Positions 35,726 to 49,517 of a stretch of 64,000 nucleotides of DNA are shown here, in pieces. Below the pieces are notes generated by a model. That model was not told where the DNA came from and did not search any database. It worked only from the letters and a program-made list of their open reading frames with translations. This stretch comes from Felis catus. Lineage: Eukaryota. The translations under genes and the position numbers were made by a program. The stretch is taken from NCBI RefSeq assembly GCF_018350175.1, contig NC_058383.1:20214001-20278000 (forward strand). The letters run 5' to 3'. Each line of letters starts with the position of its first letter. Position 1 is the first letter of the stretch.

Positions 35726-37231
35726 GGATGCTTTTGCATTGTTATCATTCTTCATGCTTCGATTCTATTCAGCTGGGAAGAGGCCTTTCCTTTCGAGTTT
35801 TCAGAGGGATGATCTGTGCAGCTATGCTGGAAGCAACTCCTCTCCGCTCTCCTAAAAATGGTACCCGAACCCAGTATGAATTTCTGACCTCCAGTCATGG
35901 GAGACAATGGTGATGCTGATCTGCCCTCCTTCTTCCATCCCATTACTGCCTTTCTCAACAAACTGATTTCCCCTTGCTCTTAACTCTCCCATGTTGTCAA
36001 GAAATACCCTTCCAGCCGGAAGGCCTGGCTTCTCTTGCCCTCTGGAGGCCAGGTAGCAGTGACCTGCTGGTCTCCCCCATGGTGCCCAGAGCTTCAGTGT
36101 TCGTCGTCAGGGATGCACCCCCAAGAGCCCCGCTGAGAGCCCTAGCCTATGTGACCAGCATGTCAGTACACGGGGAGCTGGGCCCCGCAGGCTGGCCTCC
36201 AACATCCTAACGGACTTCCTTTCCCCAGGAAACTTGCATGCTGGGAAGAAGAAGGAAACACTCTCTCCTTAATTTTCTTTTGCTTTGTGAAAGAACCAAT
36301 TGTCCATGAAATCAAATAAAGGTGCAATACATATTAAAACACTGTGGGCTTGCTACATCCGTTAGATGGGGGAAAAAAAACCCAAAAAACAAAAAAAAAC
36401 CCAAAGCTTCAAAGAAATGCCAGTCCGTGCCTCTGAGATTTATAATCATGTTGCGTTGCTTGTAGTTCGGTAAAAACAACAACAAGAATAAGCGTGTGAG
36501 TTTAAAATATGACCCTGGGCAGGTGTGGTGAAGTGTAAAAAAGTCCCCACCAGAAACGAGGTGGCCGCATTCCAGCCTGTACCCACCCAGCTCCGTGCTG
36601 AGGGTCACGTCTCTGCAAAGTCTTGGTCCTACCCCTTCCCCAACGCATGATGACGGTGTGGGGCCAGACTCACGCTGGAGACCACCCCAGCTTGACGCGT
36701 TTTTGGTTTGTTTCCATTCTTGTTTGGTGGTTGAGAAGGTCCCCCCGGGTTTTCTCTCTTGAATGCTGAAATGACGCACGGGGCCAGCTGAGAGCGAGAC
36801 AAGACCACCTGACTCGTACTTCCTTTGGTCTCGACGCTTTTCCGTTGCAATGGGCAATACGTTGACCGTGGCCTGTCTACGCCCACGCGGTGCGGGGGGC
36901 GGAGGAGCACCCCACAGATGTCAGGGTCAGGGCTAGCTTTCGTATCTCCTCAGAAATGAAGCAGATGGGCCCCTCGGTTGGGGAAAGGGAGACGATTGTC
37001 CAGACAGAGCCAAACTGTGTGTAGATTGAATAATGGATGGATGCCAATGTTCTGGACAGTCAGTAGGTCGTTCAGTGCTGCCCTGCCCTTCGCTCTGGGT
37101 GAGGTGGACATTGGGTTTGTAGATACGGACTCAGCCTTACTTGGCCCCTGGGCCTCGACAGCTCTTCCTCTCAAGGAGGAACCTTCCAGTTTTGCTTTGT
37201 TTTCCCCTGAGCTCTACTTACCTCGACCCCA

Positions 37232-37732
37232 GGGTTAGCGTCCTATCCCTTGTACGACGCATCAGCACAAATTCCCTGGCTTAGAAGAACACAAACACAT
37301 TATCCGACAGTTTGGTGGGAGGTCAGGGGTCCAAAAGGGTCCTCACTGGGCTAAAATCAAAAGGTGACAGGATCGTATTCCTCCTGAAGACGTCAGGCAA
37401 GAATTGGTTTCCTGGCCTTTCCTGACCTGGAGAAGCCATCTCCTTCCTCGGCTCATGGCCTCTCCTCCATAGTCGGGCCAGCAACCATCGCTCTGACCTC
37501 TGCCTCTTCGCATCGTCCCCTCTTCTTCTCGGAGTCTGAGTCTCCCGTCTCCCTCACGGTCCCCTGTGATGGCATTGAGCCCACCTGGACCATCTGGAGT
37601 AATTGCCCATCGCAAGATCCTCAGCTGGGTCACATCCGCAAAGTCCCTTTGGCCACGGAAGGTAACACATTCACAGGCTATGGGGATTAGAACACGGACA
37701 TCTTGGTGGGGGCTCCGGTTTTGCTGACCACA
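37232..37732 (-). mobile_element. MLT1C-like MaLR solo LTR
   Basis: ctcactgggctaaaatcaa...cacatccgcaaagtccc...aaggtaacacattcacagg...ggggattagaacacggacatctt. Confidence 0.85.
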
Positions 37733-38524
37733 CCCCTGCTCCCTGAAGTTTGCAGGGGGCGGGGGGGGGAGATTATTCCGATCTTGTAGTCTTCCAAAAG
37801 CTCCAGGGCTCTGGCTTTTGAAACTCCAAAAGCACTTTTCTCTGCGTTTCCTGCTCTAAAACCCTTCCCTGAGGCTATGAAAGTCTCGTGGTCTGAGCTG
37901 AACAGAATGACAGGCCACGGGATGAAAAATAAGTAGCAGGGGCAGCAAAGATGTTGATAGATGCGTCACCATACTAACCCCACGGGGGGACATCCATCAA
38001 TCTGACTCCACAGTCGGGCTCTAGAAGTTCATGTTGACAGTTCCTGCAGGAGTCCAGGGTGGCTCAGTCGGAGCCAAGCAAACATCCTCTCGTCTGCAAA
38101 CTTTTTTGAACATCCACGTGAACGTGCGGCATGGCCTCGGGTCAGAAAGGACTGATACTGTTGGGAGCATGCCAGATTGTCACAGCCACCAGAGCGGTTG
38201 AAACAAGACAGAAAAGACCAATGTCGGCCAGGACCTGGGGCAGCCGGGACCCTCCTGCACTGCTGGGAAAGCGTGTGCCTTTGCACAACCACCACCAAAG
38301 AAGAAAACTACGTGTCAGAATCCCCTAAGGTGAGTGTGCGTATACCCCAGGACCTGGCGTTTTCATAGAAACGTGTACCCAAGAACACCAAAAGACACAC
38401 ACGAGAATCCGCGTAGGGGCACCACTGGTGACCGCCCCACCCGACAAGGTTCCAAATGTCTACCACACCGCGAGGGATAAGGTTCTGTGGTGCGGTCACG
38501 CCGGACGATGCCGTATAGCAATGC

Positions 38525-38887
38525 CGTCTCAGTCCGTTCAGGCTGCGATAACCAAACACCCTCGACCGAGGGCTTAAACAGCAAGCATTTACTTCTCCCG
38601 CCTCTGGAGGCTGGGAAGTTCAAGGGTAGGGCACCAGCAGATTCAACATCAGGTGACAGCTCATTTCCTGGTTCGCTTCCGTGTTCCTGCTGTGTCCTTG
38701 CAGGACAAGAAAGACGACAGGAGAAGTGTCCGGGGTCCCTTTCATTATGGAGCCAATCCCACTCAGCAGTGTTCCAGCCTCATGACCCAATCCTCTCCCA
38801 GAGCCTCTCCTTCCAAATGCCGTCGCCTTGGGGCTCAGAATTTCAACACACGAATTTGTGGGGGACACAAACCTTCAGCCCGTAACA
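38525..38887 (-). mobile_element. MLT1A-like MaLR solo LTR nested in an old L1 fragment (~38190-39040)
   Basis: gtctcagtccgttcaggctgcgataac...ctggaggctgggaagttcaag...ggggacacaaaccttcagcccgtaaca. Confidence 0.85.
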
Positions 38888-39529
38888 AATAGGCATGGGT
38901 GAAACGCAGATACAGGGCATCTCGTAAATAGAGTGTTGTGCGAAAGAAGGTGGCCACGAAAGAGGGCATATGCTGTATCTCGTGTATTATGAATGTCAAG
39001 ATCAAGCAGAAAACATCTCCTGGCACCATTAGTCACCTGTCAGGTCTCCACTGACAGGCGAGGTCCCGCTTGGCTCCCTGAATCGGGGCGGGTTTGGGTG
39101 CGAGAGAAGCAGTGACCTCTGAGCCTGGCACTCGCTCACGGGACGGACACACGCCTCTGGAGTCCTGAACCACTATGCGAGGAGTCGGCGAGCCTGAAGG
39201 TGCTGGGCTGGGGCAACCCACCCTAAGAGATGTCAGGGGGCCCAGCTGTCCGAGGCTTCCCAGGCCGGACGCCAGGCGTAGGAGTCTCTAGGTGACTCCA
39301 GCACCCCTTCCCTCTGAGCTGCCCCCACTGAGACTCAGTAGAGCAGAGACAAGTTGCCCCCGCCCCGCCCAGAATGCACATTGGTGAAAAAATAAAATAA
39401 AGCAAACAAACCATGGGTAAAACTACCCTGTGATAGTTTTATACCACGAGGACAGTGGTAGGGACGCCGGGGCGGCTCGATCGGTTGAGTGTCTGACTCT
39501 TGATTTCACCTCGGGTCATGTGTTACCAC

Positions 39530-40010
39530 GAAACAAGTTCAGTTGCAACTGTCTTAAGCAAAAAAGGATTTCTCGGACACTCCCGTAAATGAAAAGACGG
39601 AGCCTCAGGCGTGGCTGGATCCAGAGGCTCAAACAAGATGCCCAGGGCTAGAGCGCTTATATTCCCTTTCTCTGTTTCCCGGTACTGCTCAGTCTGGGAT
39701 GTCATGAGTCTGAGCGGACTTTCTCTATGGATTTTCCATTCTCATAGCTCAGAGGCAACAAGTCCAGAAGAAGTCATATCTATTCTCATTGGCCCAAAGT
39801 GGGTCATGTGCACATTCCTGAACCAATTGTTAAGGCCGGGGAGATGGAACATTCTGATTGGCCAAGCCAGTGTCATGTGTCTATTCCTGGAATCAGGGGT
39901 CACTCTCACCCTAATCACATCACTGTGACCAGGAAGGATGTTTCCCCAAGGGAAGTGAAGGTATTGTTCCCAAAAGGGGGGCTGCAAGCTGGAAAGGCAA
40001 AGAAACAGAT
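39530..40010. mobile_element. Old MLT1 (J/K/L-like) LTR, preceded by a SINE 5' stub (39461-39520)
   Basis: gtggctggatccagaggctcaaac; ctcattggccc...gggtcatgtgcacattcctgaaccaat. Confidence 0.65.
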
Positions 40011-40270
40011 AGATATCTGGGACATACATTCTGAGCCTTGGTACCTCCATCTGTGAACGGGGTTGAATGCTGATCTCTAAGACCCTCCCCGGACACTAAG
40101 GTTGCATGATTTCCATCCTGAGGCTGAAGGCTTTCTTGGTGCAAGGCACTGGCTGCCAGGGCTGTGGTTTATGGAACCGAGCAATGCAGTTCAGATTTAT
40201 CCCAATCTTTGACTTCCTGTAATGTACATGCACTTCATTAGTTCCAGAGAGAAAGGCAAAAAGAAATATG

Positions 40271-40271
<1 letters not shown>

Positions 40272-40302
<31 letters not shown>

Positions 40303-40340
40303 GTATCTATCCATCCATCCAACATCTATCTATCTATCCA
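40272..40340. repeat. (CTAT)n/(CCAT)n microsatellite
   Basis: Directly visible. Confidence 0.9.
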
Positions 40341-40479
40341 CCTAGAGAGAGAGCAAAGAGTGTTACTTTCACATGCTATCTTTTATATTCGTCACACCTT
40401 CCGTTTTAAAGATGTTAAATGAGGCTCAGAAAAGTTCCCCCAAACCATGCAATTTAAAACCTGCTCTTTCGGGCGATAT

Positions 40480-40688
40480 CAGGCTTTCTCAGTCTTGACT
40501 CACCACGATTGACCTTTGGGGCCAGATAATTCTGTGTTGTGGGGGGTTGCCCTGTGCACTGCAGGGGGTCCAGGAGCAGCTCTAACCCCTACTCACGAGA
40601 TGCCAAGAACATCCCCCCACCCCACGCGGTGACAATGAAGAATGCCGCAGGTCTCCTGAGGGACAGTCACCCTGGCTGAGAACCACCG
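40480..40688. mobile_element. MER20 (hAT-Charlie) DNA transposon
   Basis: ttggggccagataattctgtgttgtggggggttgccctgtgcactgcagg...ctggctgagaaccac. Confidence 0.85.
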
Positions 40689-43180
40689 TTATAAATGACT
40701 GGTGGACGGAAACCCGGGCTTTGTCCCTTACGAGCTGGGTGGCTGTGGGGTGAATATTTCACCTTCCTGAACTCTAGTTTCCCCATCTGGAAAACGGGAT
40801 CAAAACTATAATACCTGCCTTCATCACCTACGAGGACGTTTTAGCCCGGTACTTTAAGTGCTTCATAAATGGTGACCGAGGCAGTCTCCCTCGCCAACCT
40901 GGAAATAATTTTACAGAGAAGACTTTTTCTTTCTTTCTTTTTTTTTTCTTTTTTTGGCAAATTATAGACGCGCTGAATTGCAAATGAGGACAGGCATTTG
41001 AGGCCACTTTGGTTGCCTAATTAGTGTAACTCCATTGACAGCCTGGCTCCTTCAAAGGAGGCTCCTTGGGATGTGGGCCCTCTGCAGAGCTGGCTGGGAA
41101 CTCGGAACAGAGTCAGAACAACATCAAACGTTTCAAATCTCAGAAACGAGGCCATGTTCTCCAATAGGGAGCTGTCTCTGTAAACGTTCCCGTGCTTATT
41201 AAATTCCTGCCACGGCTACTTTAACTGGACCCGCCTCCCTCACTTGGCCAAACCCGGCTGCACAGCCCCGCCCTGGTTTTGTCCAGGGACCAGAATTCCC
41301 GACCAGAGACTCCTGTTATCAGCCTTGCTCAGATCCCGGAGCCCGACTCCACGGATGGGTTTGCCTGGTTTTCCCACCCCGAGCCGACTTGGTCAGTGGC
41401 CTCAGTCCCTGCCCGGCGGTGCTGGAATGAAGCCACCCTCCCCGACCCCACATCCACTGGGTCTCCTTGTCCACCTCGGTGTCTCCAGCACCCAGCACAT
41501 GACCTGACACAGAGTAGCCCATCGGGAAGTGTTAAATGAACCCGCGACTGAACGGGTGCCGAATCTCGCCCTTCTGACCTCGCGATGCCCATCGGATGCT
41601 GGGTCTAGGACCCCAAGTACAACGCCTGGGGACCCAGGCGGGCTCCACGTCGCAAGGTCCCCTGCCTTTCCCCCCAAACCCCTCACTTCATCGGAGGTCA
41701 CCGTTCGTTAGTCTGCATGGGACTGTGTTGCATCAAGCCAGACTGTCGTGTTAGCAGACGGGTCATTGGGCTCACATTCTCCGGTTTGCCATAATCTCCA
41801 TCACCATAGAGCTCCGCCCCCAATCAGTTACGCTTCCCGTCTGCAGGCTCCAGGCATCTGGGCTGGGATCTGTGATAGGACAAGACCCCCTCGCCTATAA
41901 GCAGGTCCTAACAGACTGAGCTACCTAGAATCCAGGCCCCGGAGCCTGATCCTGGTACCCTCGTGGATCTCAGCCTGTTTGACGAGAGTCCAAGCCCCGT
42001 GTCTAGTGGATAAAGACGGTGGGCAGGTGCAGCCTGTATCCCTTCCAGTTTTGTCCCACTGTCCTCACGTCCTTCCTCTACCTTTCCTCCAGCTGGTGGG
42101 CAACCAGGGGTCTCTTAGCACCTCTTCCTTCACTCTTGACAAGAGTGCAAGAGGCAAACACCTATCCCTCCCGATTCTATCGTCTCCGATTCTCCCAAAA
42201 GAGCCGACCTCCCAGAACTGTGGAAAGTGGCTTCCAGGGTGAATATCCGATTTCCGCCCGAGGCGCAAATGTCACAGTCCCAGAGGGCTCGGGAAGGAGA
42301 TCTTTCAGAATAAACACAGGGACGATTTTTCCCTTGGGACTCGGTTCTCGGCCCACACAGGTGTCCACCTAAACTAGCACAGTCCAAACCACCCGGCCCC
42401 TGTTCCCTCCCCCCACAAGGCCGGGGAATTTCACTTCGAGGCCGGTCACAGAAGGTCATACTCCAGGGTGACCTGAACCATCCCAGGATGGGGGTGGGTC
42501 AGGAGCAGGGCGGGACGTCAAAGCCAACCGGGACCGGAGAGCATGGGTACTGGCCAAAGATGTTCAGGACAAATGCTTGGCTGGCTTTTCATTTTAAACA
42601 TAAGAAAGCTCTTAGCGCCACATTTTGGAGCAGGTCGTTATATCCAACCAACAATAAGACGTGGAAATTCCTTGAGAGCAAATTTTCCCAGAGTGAAATG
42701 GTTATTGCTCTGGCGCCAGGTAAATGCAGCAAAAATCCCGTTTTAATGAACTTGAAGGGATGCCAGTATTCCTGCAGCAATGGGAGGGTTATGTCTATGG
42801 AAACAGTGCCCAATGTGCAGGCGGGGCTTGCCTGATACTCAGGAGGCTGGTTCCTTTAGGATAATAAAGCAATGGTATTTGGAAGGCAATCCACTGCAAT
42901 ATTCTTATTTTAGAGGTAGGGAGAGACGGCACAAGGGACGGGAGGTCGGCACGGATACTGGAAACCTAGCTTTGATACGTTGCTCTGTAACCTTGCGCAA
43001 ATAACGTCCTCTACCCACAACTCAGTTTCTCTACCTGCGAAAGGAAAAGGTGGGAACACCCCCGAATTGGACTCGGAAGGCCGGAGAGATTTCTAAAGCC
43101 ATGTGATCATGTCTGTTTAGAAATCCTCGACTGCTCATGACCTGACCCAGTGTGGCGTTACATTGAAAGGTGTAGAGCCT

Positions 43181-43382
43181 GGGGCGCCTGGGTGTCTCAG
43201 TCGGTTGAGCGTCTGACTCTGATTACTGGCTCAGGTCGTGATCCCAGAGCCGTGGTATCGAGCCCTGCATCGGGCTCTGGGCTGAGCATGGGATCTGCTG
43301 GGATTCTCTCTCCCCCTCTCTCTCTTCCCTTCTCCTGTGCTCATTCTCTCGCTCTCAAATAAAAGAAGAAGAAGAAAAATAA
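43181..43382 (+). mobile_element. Can-SINE
   Basis: Head, CT region, (GAA)n tail. Confidence 0.92.
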
Positions 43383-46300
43383 GGTTACAGACTGGGAAAA
43401 GAATTGCAGGCTTTGCTGATGCATTGTTTGGTTATTTAATGAAACTTTGTATCTGTCCTGCTCTGTCATTAACACCCCCCCCCCTTCCCCCAAATAGTCA
43501 AGTATGCAGACATCCCAGCAAATCTCTGCCCTTGCTACTAACAGAGACCCATTTACAGGGCTTTAAACCCAGAGCGTATTCCTTCACATAAAAGAACTCC
43601 AGACATAAGTAGTTTGGGGTTGGTGTGCTGGTTTCCAGCGTCATTAGGGATCTTCTGTTTTCTAGTCCACTATCCTCAAAGTCATGCCATGGCTGCCAGA
43701 GCTCCAGCCTTCGTGGCCCGTTCCAAGCAAGAAGAGAAAAAGCAAGAAGCAAACATCTATCCCTCCCGAGTAAGCCCCTGTTAAACAGATTTCCCAGAAG
43801 CTCCACTTGGTGATTTCTGCTAGCAACTCATTGGCCAAGCCTAGTTGCAAAGCGAGGGTTAGAAAAGGAGTATTTTCACCGGTGCATGATCACCCCAAAT
43901 GCAGTAGGGGCTCACAGTGAGCAAGAGGAGAGAGTTGATGGTCCTCTTGTCTAACCAACGGATCCTCGCCATCCTGGTCCTTCCAGGCTCCTGCTCCTCC
44001 AGGTACGGCCCACAAGACCTGCTCCAGGCAGGTTTCTCCCCACCCCCCATCCCTACCCCGTAAGTGCCGTTCTCCTGCTCCGACAACCTTTCCCTTGTGA
44101 ATTATCGCACCATGGTTCAGGGGGTGCTTCCCTGTTTGGACGGAGACAGAATCTTTGGCTCCTGGCTGCCTCGTGCCCTCCCTCCCCAGTTTTCTCTTTT
44201 GCCTGGAGCCTGATTTATAATTCACCTTTCATTTCCCGTTCAGCTTTGGTCTCCTAGAACGCTGTTTGGACCCTGGCTACGGTCCAGTATTTATAAACCG
44301 AGTCCTGTTCTGCTGACGGCTCCGGGTTTCGAATTCTGGTTGCTTCGTTGCCTCTGTACCTGGCTCACCCCTGGACACTCCTTCCCTGGACCTCGATCCC
44401 TGAGTCCTAGCTCAGAGGACCCCAGTGCAGATTCACGGGCTCTTGTTAGCAGACTATGTTTTTACTGCACCCAGGTAGGGCTGGGTCTCACAGACAAATG
44501 GAACTCTCTCCTCCACAGATCAAAATCCACAGTTTGCACTGGAGAACACGGTTATACAGGCACAGTGCCTTGGAGACTTTACAGGGCACGAGTGGCTGGG
44601 AAACTCGTAAAAAGATGTCCCTCCCCTCGGTAATCATGAAGATGTAAAGTCCCACGTCGAAGGAGCCCCATCTTAAGGACTTGGTGTTTCCAAACAGTGA
44701 AGAGTCCAACAAAAACAAATAAAAAATAAATAAAAGGTCCAACAATATTAGGTGCTGGCGAGGATGCTGAGAAACCAATTATCTTATCTGTCGCCGGTGT
44801 AACTGTCAACGTGAACGTCGACTTTGGTAAGCAATTCGGATATACACAGCGAGGTTAAAGAGGGGAGTACCCAGTGGCCACGCCCTTTCGCTCCCAGGTT
44901 TGTACTTCAAAGAAACTCCTACCCAGGGAAGCTGGGATATGGATGTTTGTTGCAACGATGTTTGCACAGGGATTGCTCTCGCTGAGAAACTGGCTCCCTT
45001 AGTGTCTGAGGCAGCTCACAGATCCCAGTGAACGAACTCCCCACCTACTCTCTCCAAGGCCCCCTGAGGTGACCAGGGGCTAGGGTGGTTTCTTGGCGAG
45101 GGAGGCATGTGGCTGGAACCAAGACTGGAGAGCCCCCGAATAAAGAGAACCTGCCAGCTTCTGTGCGATTCCCGAGATAGAAAGGCCGAGAGCCACTGGC
45201 AGGGGTTATTAGTAACTTCCAAGAGAACGCACGTGCCTGGCTGGTGGCTGGGTGGTCCAAGAGACACCCTAGGACAATCAGACAAGGGGGCAGTGCACGG
45301 AAGCAAGAGATGGGACCCAGGGGCTGTGCAGTGGCCCTCGTAGACACTTCAGCCCACAGCACACGCCGATCTTGGGCAGGTGACTCAGAGCCCCATTCTT
45401 GGGTGACGGGAGCTCATGAAGATGACAAGGCCTGGATATAAATGGGACTGTGGCTTCAGGGTTAGGTCCCAGCTCCAAGAGGAGCCAGGATGGTGTAAAA
45501 ATCATACATTGTTATCGCCTTCGTAAGAGCTAACTGAGCCTCATCAGGCATTACCATGTGTCAGGAACCGTCTAACGTCCTACCGATATCGCTGATATCA
45601 GCCAAAGGTGGCCACGCGATACGGCTCTGATGGAAGTCTGCTTGACGGTGTTTCCAGGAAAGCTGCTCTATCTGCCTGGAACGTGGATATAATGGTCAGG
45701 CGGCAGCAGCCATCTTGCGATCAAGAGGAAAAGACATTCATGCTAAGAGTGGCAGTCCAGGAAAAGAAAAGAATGTGAGCCTTGGCGGTGATTGGTATCA
45801 TGTCCCGACTACCTCTGTGTATCGTATTTAACGAGAAAAATCTACCTCTCTTGGTTAGGCCACGGTAGCGTCCGATGAACACAACGTGTAAAGACATACA
45901 TGATCTCATTGGATCCTCACGACAAACTTCCGAGATAGGTAGTCCTAGCGTTACCATTTCACAGGAGAGGACGATAAAGCTGAGAGGAGTTTAGCGTGGG
46001 TAGAAGAATCTTGGCCAGACCTATCTGGCTCGTTCCAAATTCTCCTTTATTCCTATGCTATTCTGCCTCTGCACCATACATTGGGATGGGGTTTAATCCA
46101 ATTCTCATGGGTTGAGTCAACAGAGAGCCAAGGGGAGAAGGTAGCAGGGGGCGGGGGCCTAGAGGCGACGCAGACATTCTGGATTCCATCCTGAGAGGGG
46201 ATGAAAATTGACATTGGAAGTCCTGCCTATTACTCCTTTCCCTGGTAGGATGCCCTCAGGGGGTCCAGGAGTGGGGACGCCTGGGGGGGTCCAGGTAAGA

Positions 46301-46703
46301 AGCATCCATCATCCCTTCAGCTACACAAAATGAGCAACAGCCATTGAACTCAGGAGGCCAGTGAACGTAGATTGAGAATAAAGCGGGGGTCCAGGGTGGG
46401 GGACGAACCAGACTTCCTCGGGCAGGCAGCTGGAGCCCAGCGAGGAGGCAAATGTTTCTTGGGTTATCAACACTCCTCCGGAGAGACTGATTACGAAGAA
46501 CAACCTTGGTGAGAGCGGTGGATGGAACGTTTGGTTCTGCCTCTCACCCACTCACCCCAGAGACACGAGGGTACCACGCCCACGGGCCCTGGGACAACAG
46601 GCTTAGCCGTGGGTAGGACGTACCAGCCTTCACAGAAGGGTGCAGAGGGAGGTACCTCTGGGCTTCGAATCCTGGCATCCACACTTAATGATAGCTTTCT
46701 GGG

Positions 46704-46844
46704 TTTTTTGTTTTTTTTTTTTTTAAGTAGGCTCCACACCCAGCTCTGAGCCCAACCCGGGGCTTGAACTCGCGACCCCGAGATCCAGACCTGAGCTGAG
46801 ATCGAGAGTCGGATGCTTCACCGACTGAGCCACCCTGGCGCCCC
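46704..46844 (-). mobile_element. Short Can-SINE variant lacking the CT region
   Basis: Poly-T, then taggctccacaccc...gagccaccctggcgcccc; near-TSD gatagctttc / gagagctttc. Confidence 0.88.
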
Positions 46845-49517
46845 GAGAGCTTTCCGATTGTTTTAAAGGAGTCATTCAACATCTCTGATTGTTGGTCAAG
46901 GACTCACACGTCCTGGTGAGGACGGAGGGAAAATCCGTGCCCACCCCTGGCTCACGCTGGGCACACAGAGCCTAAAAGCACTTCTACTCTCTTCCTGGGT
47001 GTGAGCAGGAACAGGAACCGCTTCCCTCTCTGCTGTTCCGGGAAGACCCACAGGGGAACACGTACCAGTGGCTGCTGCTGGTGCCACTCAGCGCCTTGTG
47101 GTCTTGACGGTATTAAATGTTCCCTTCTGTGCGTCCCGGTCTCGGAAGGTGTGGCCAGGCGACAGTCACGCGACCTGTAGCCCGCTGTGTCTTCTGGAGC
47201 CACGTCGTTTGCTTTCCCAACTCCTGCCCCCCTCCCCGCGCCAGCCATTCTCTCTTTCTCCCCCCACCTCCCCCTTCTCTTTCCCTCCTCTGTCTCGACA
47301 GGAGGCTGCGGGGCCACACAGAGGCAGGGTAGCAGCAAGCTGGAGCTCTAGGGGGCGGCTTACGTAGGGCAGGTGGAGGGGGGCGAGCTAGATTTCTGGG
47401 CTCCCTTGTGGATTGGCTGATGCCTTCGCTGGGCTCTGGGAGGTAGGGGCAACCCCCAGCTGTCTGGTGCCTGGCCCCAGGGCAGTCAGGACGGGGGTCT
47501 AGTGTGACCATCTTTATCAGGGAAGTGCTAAAGTGTGAACTTCATTAGCTATTTGAGAAGGGAAAATGGCTGGGTTCTAGGCAGGGGCCAACATGGGGTG
47601 GAGAGAGCGCAGTCAAAAGTATTGCAGGTAAGAAACAGACTACCTAGAGGCACACGCTGACAGCAAAGGCCATCGTCTCCCGGAGACAGGCTAGCCTGGC
47701 TGGAAGAGCAAGTCCTAAAGCCAATTCTAGGTCCCGCTTCCTCCAGCCCCTTGCTGTGTGATCTCATGCAAGCCGCTCAACCTCTCTGTGTCTCCGTTTT
47801 ATCTTGGGCACGTTGGATGGGTGGGTGGGAATGCTAATAACTGTCCCTGTCTCACGGGGCAGGTGTAAGGAGGAAACGAATTCATGTCATAAGGTGCTCA
47901 GAAGAGTCCCCAGAAGAAGGCAAAGGTTCGGTAAGTGCGCGTTACTCCCATCCATGTGATTACCGCATCGCTACGACCCCGTAGGGCGAGTTCTAATGGA
48001 AACTTTCACTAGAGGCTGAGCCAGCAGTGAAGGCGGGGGTGGGGGGGTGGGAGGTATTCCCAGCGAACAGGCTCCAACCACTGATCCATCTGTACCAAGT
48101 TCTGGCTGAGCTAGCAAGAATGGGTGGTCCTGGCTTGGTGACCCAGCACTGGAAGGGGCTGATCCTTGGGGTCACAGGGAGCCTCCGCCCACCCTTGGAA
48201 ATCTACGAGCGCTGGCCTGGAAGGGGAGAGCGGAACCTCCATCTGCCTCCGCCTGGGGGAAGGTGGTGATTCCCTGCAGACCTGGGAGAGGGGTTTGGGG
48301 GGCGAGATACTCACACATGGACAGCAGGAATGCTTTATGCTGCGGCAGCTTCAACAGCTTCTTTCGTGGAGTCCTCTCTGGGCTACTGAAAGCCCCCTTG
48401 AGCTACGTTGCTTGGAAATCTACCGTGAGCATTTCTACTTAATTGCTTTTATAGGCAGGTGCATTTTCTCAGGATTAAGGCATTATGTCCCCCCAGAGGG
48501 ATTACATAATAGCTCCTAGGGGATGAGCTACATGGATTAAAGTGGGTGCAGAGAGCCCCAGCCTTCCATTGTTTGGGGGAGGAAGGAATGATCACCCAGG
48601 GACGCGGACCATTAAAAGTTTCCCTGACTTCGGAGCAGAAGCCGAATACATATCCCCCCCACCGACACTCTGCAGCACCCACCTGAGCTTGCTGGGTATT
48701 CACACGTGTCGTCTAAGGCGTGGAAGGGACACTGATCTGCGGTGTTTTCACCCAGATTCTCCAGGACAGTCTCAGGCAGGTCCTTCGTTCATTTGTCGAT
48801 TGGTTATCTCACGGGACAACCTGCTTTAGCCATTCCCATGGAGTGTCTCTCCCTGTTCCCACAAGAGGCTGCCTCCTCTTGGATGGACTCCATCCAGGGG
48901 TGGGGTGGAGGGTGACACTGGCTGCTTGGGCACGTTCTGAGTTGCGCGGCTCTCCCAGGACCTCAGGAAGAATGGGTCTGGTCAGTCCCACCTATACCGC
49001 TGGATACAGGGTGCTTGAAAGCGGGTTCCCTAAAAAAGTGGGGCACAGCCCCCAGCTTGCCTCGCCGCTAGCCAAACAAGGACACCTTACTTCGACAGGT
49101 AGAGAGGAAAGACCTTCTTGGGAGCGGTTGGAAGGAGTCTGTGACCCTGTGGACCTTTGTGGGTCCCGGGTTCCTGCCTGCTTTTTCATTGCTGGACTGT
49201 CCTTCCTGGCCAATCCTGTAAGTGATTGGTCCTCCTTTCTGTCTGACGCTTGTAACCCTTTCCCCCAACCTGACCCACTTGCTACGAACCAAGGCTGTGA
49301 CATCGACCAGAACCTTGCTCATATACACACCTGTGCGACCCTTCTGTCGCAGTGCTGGGCGGATCCGGGGTGACCCTGGGACAGTTCCCAGGGGTGCAAG
49401 CAAGTATTTGACACGGACCAGGAATCACTTCATCACACGATGTTGCTTGGGGTAAAAAGAGCAGGAATGTCAAAGTGATTAGCTTCTTAGTCTTTTCAAT
49501 AAAAATTCATATATCTC

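Noticed and set aside
48720..49373. 217-aa ORF
   Set aside because: Non-ATG start, no recognisable homology, length plausible by chance at this GC content.
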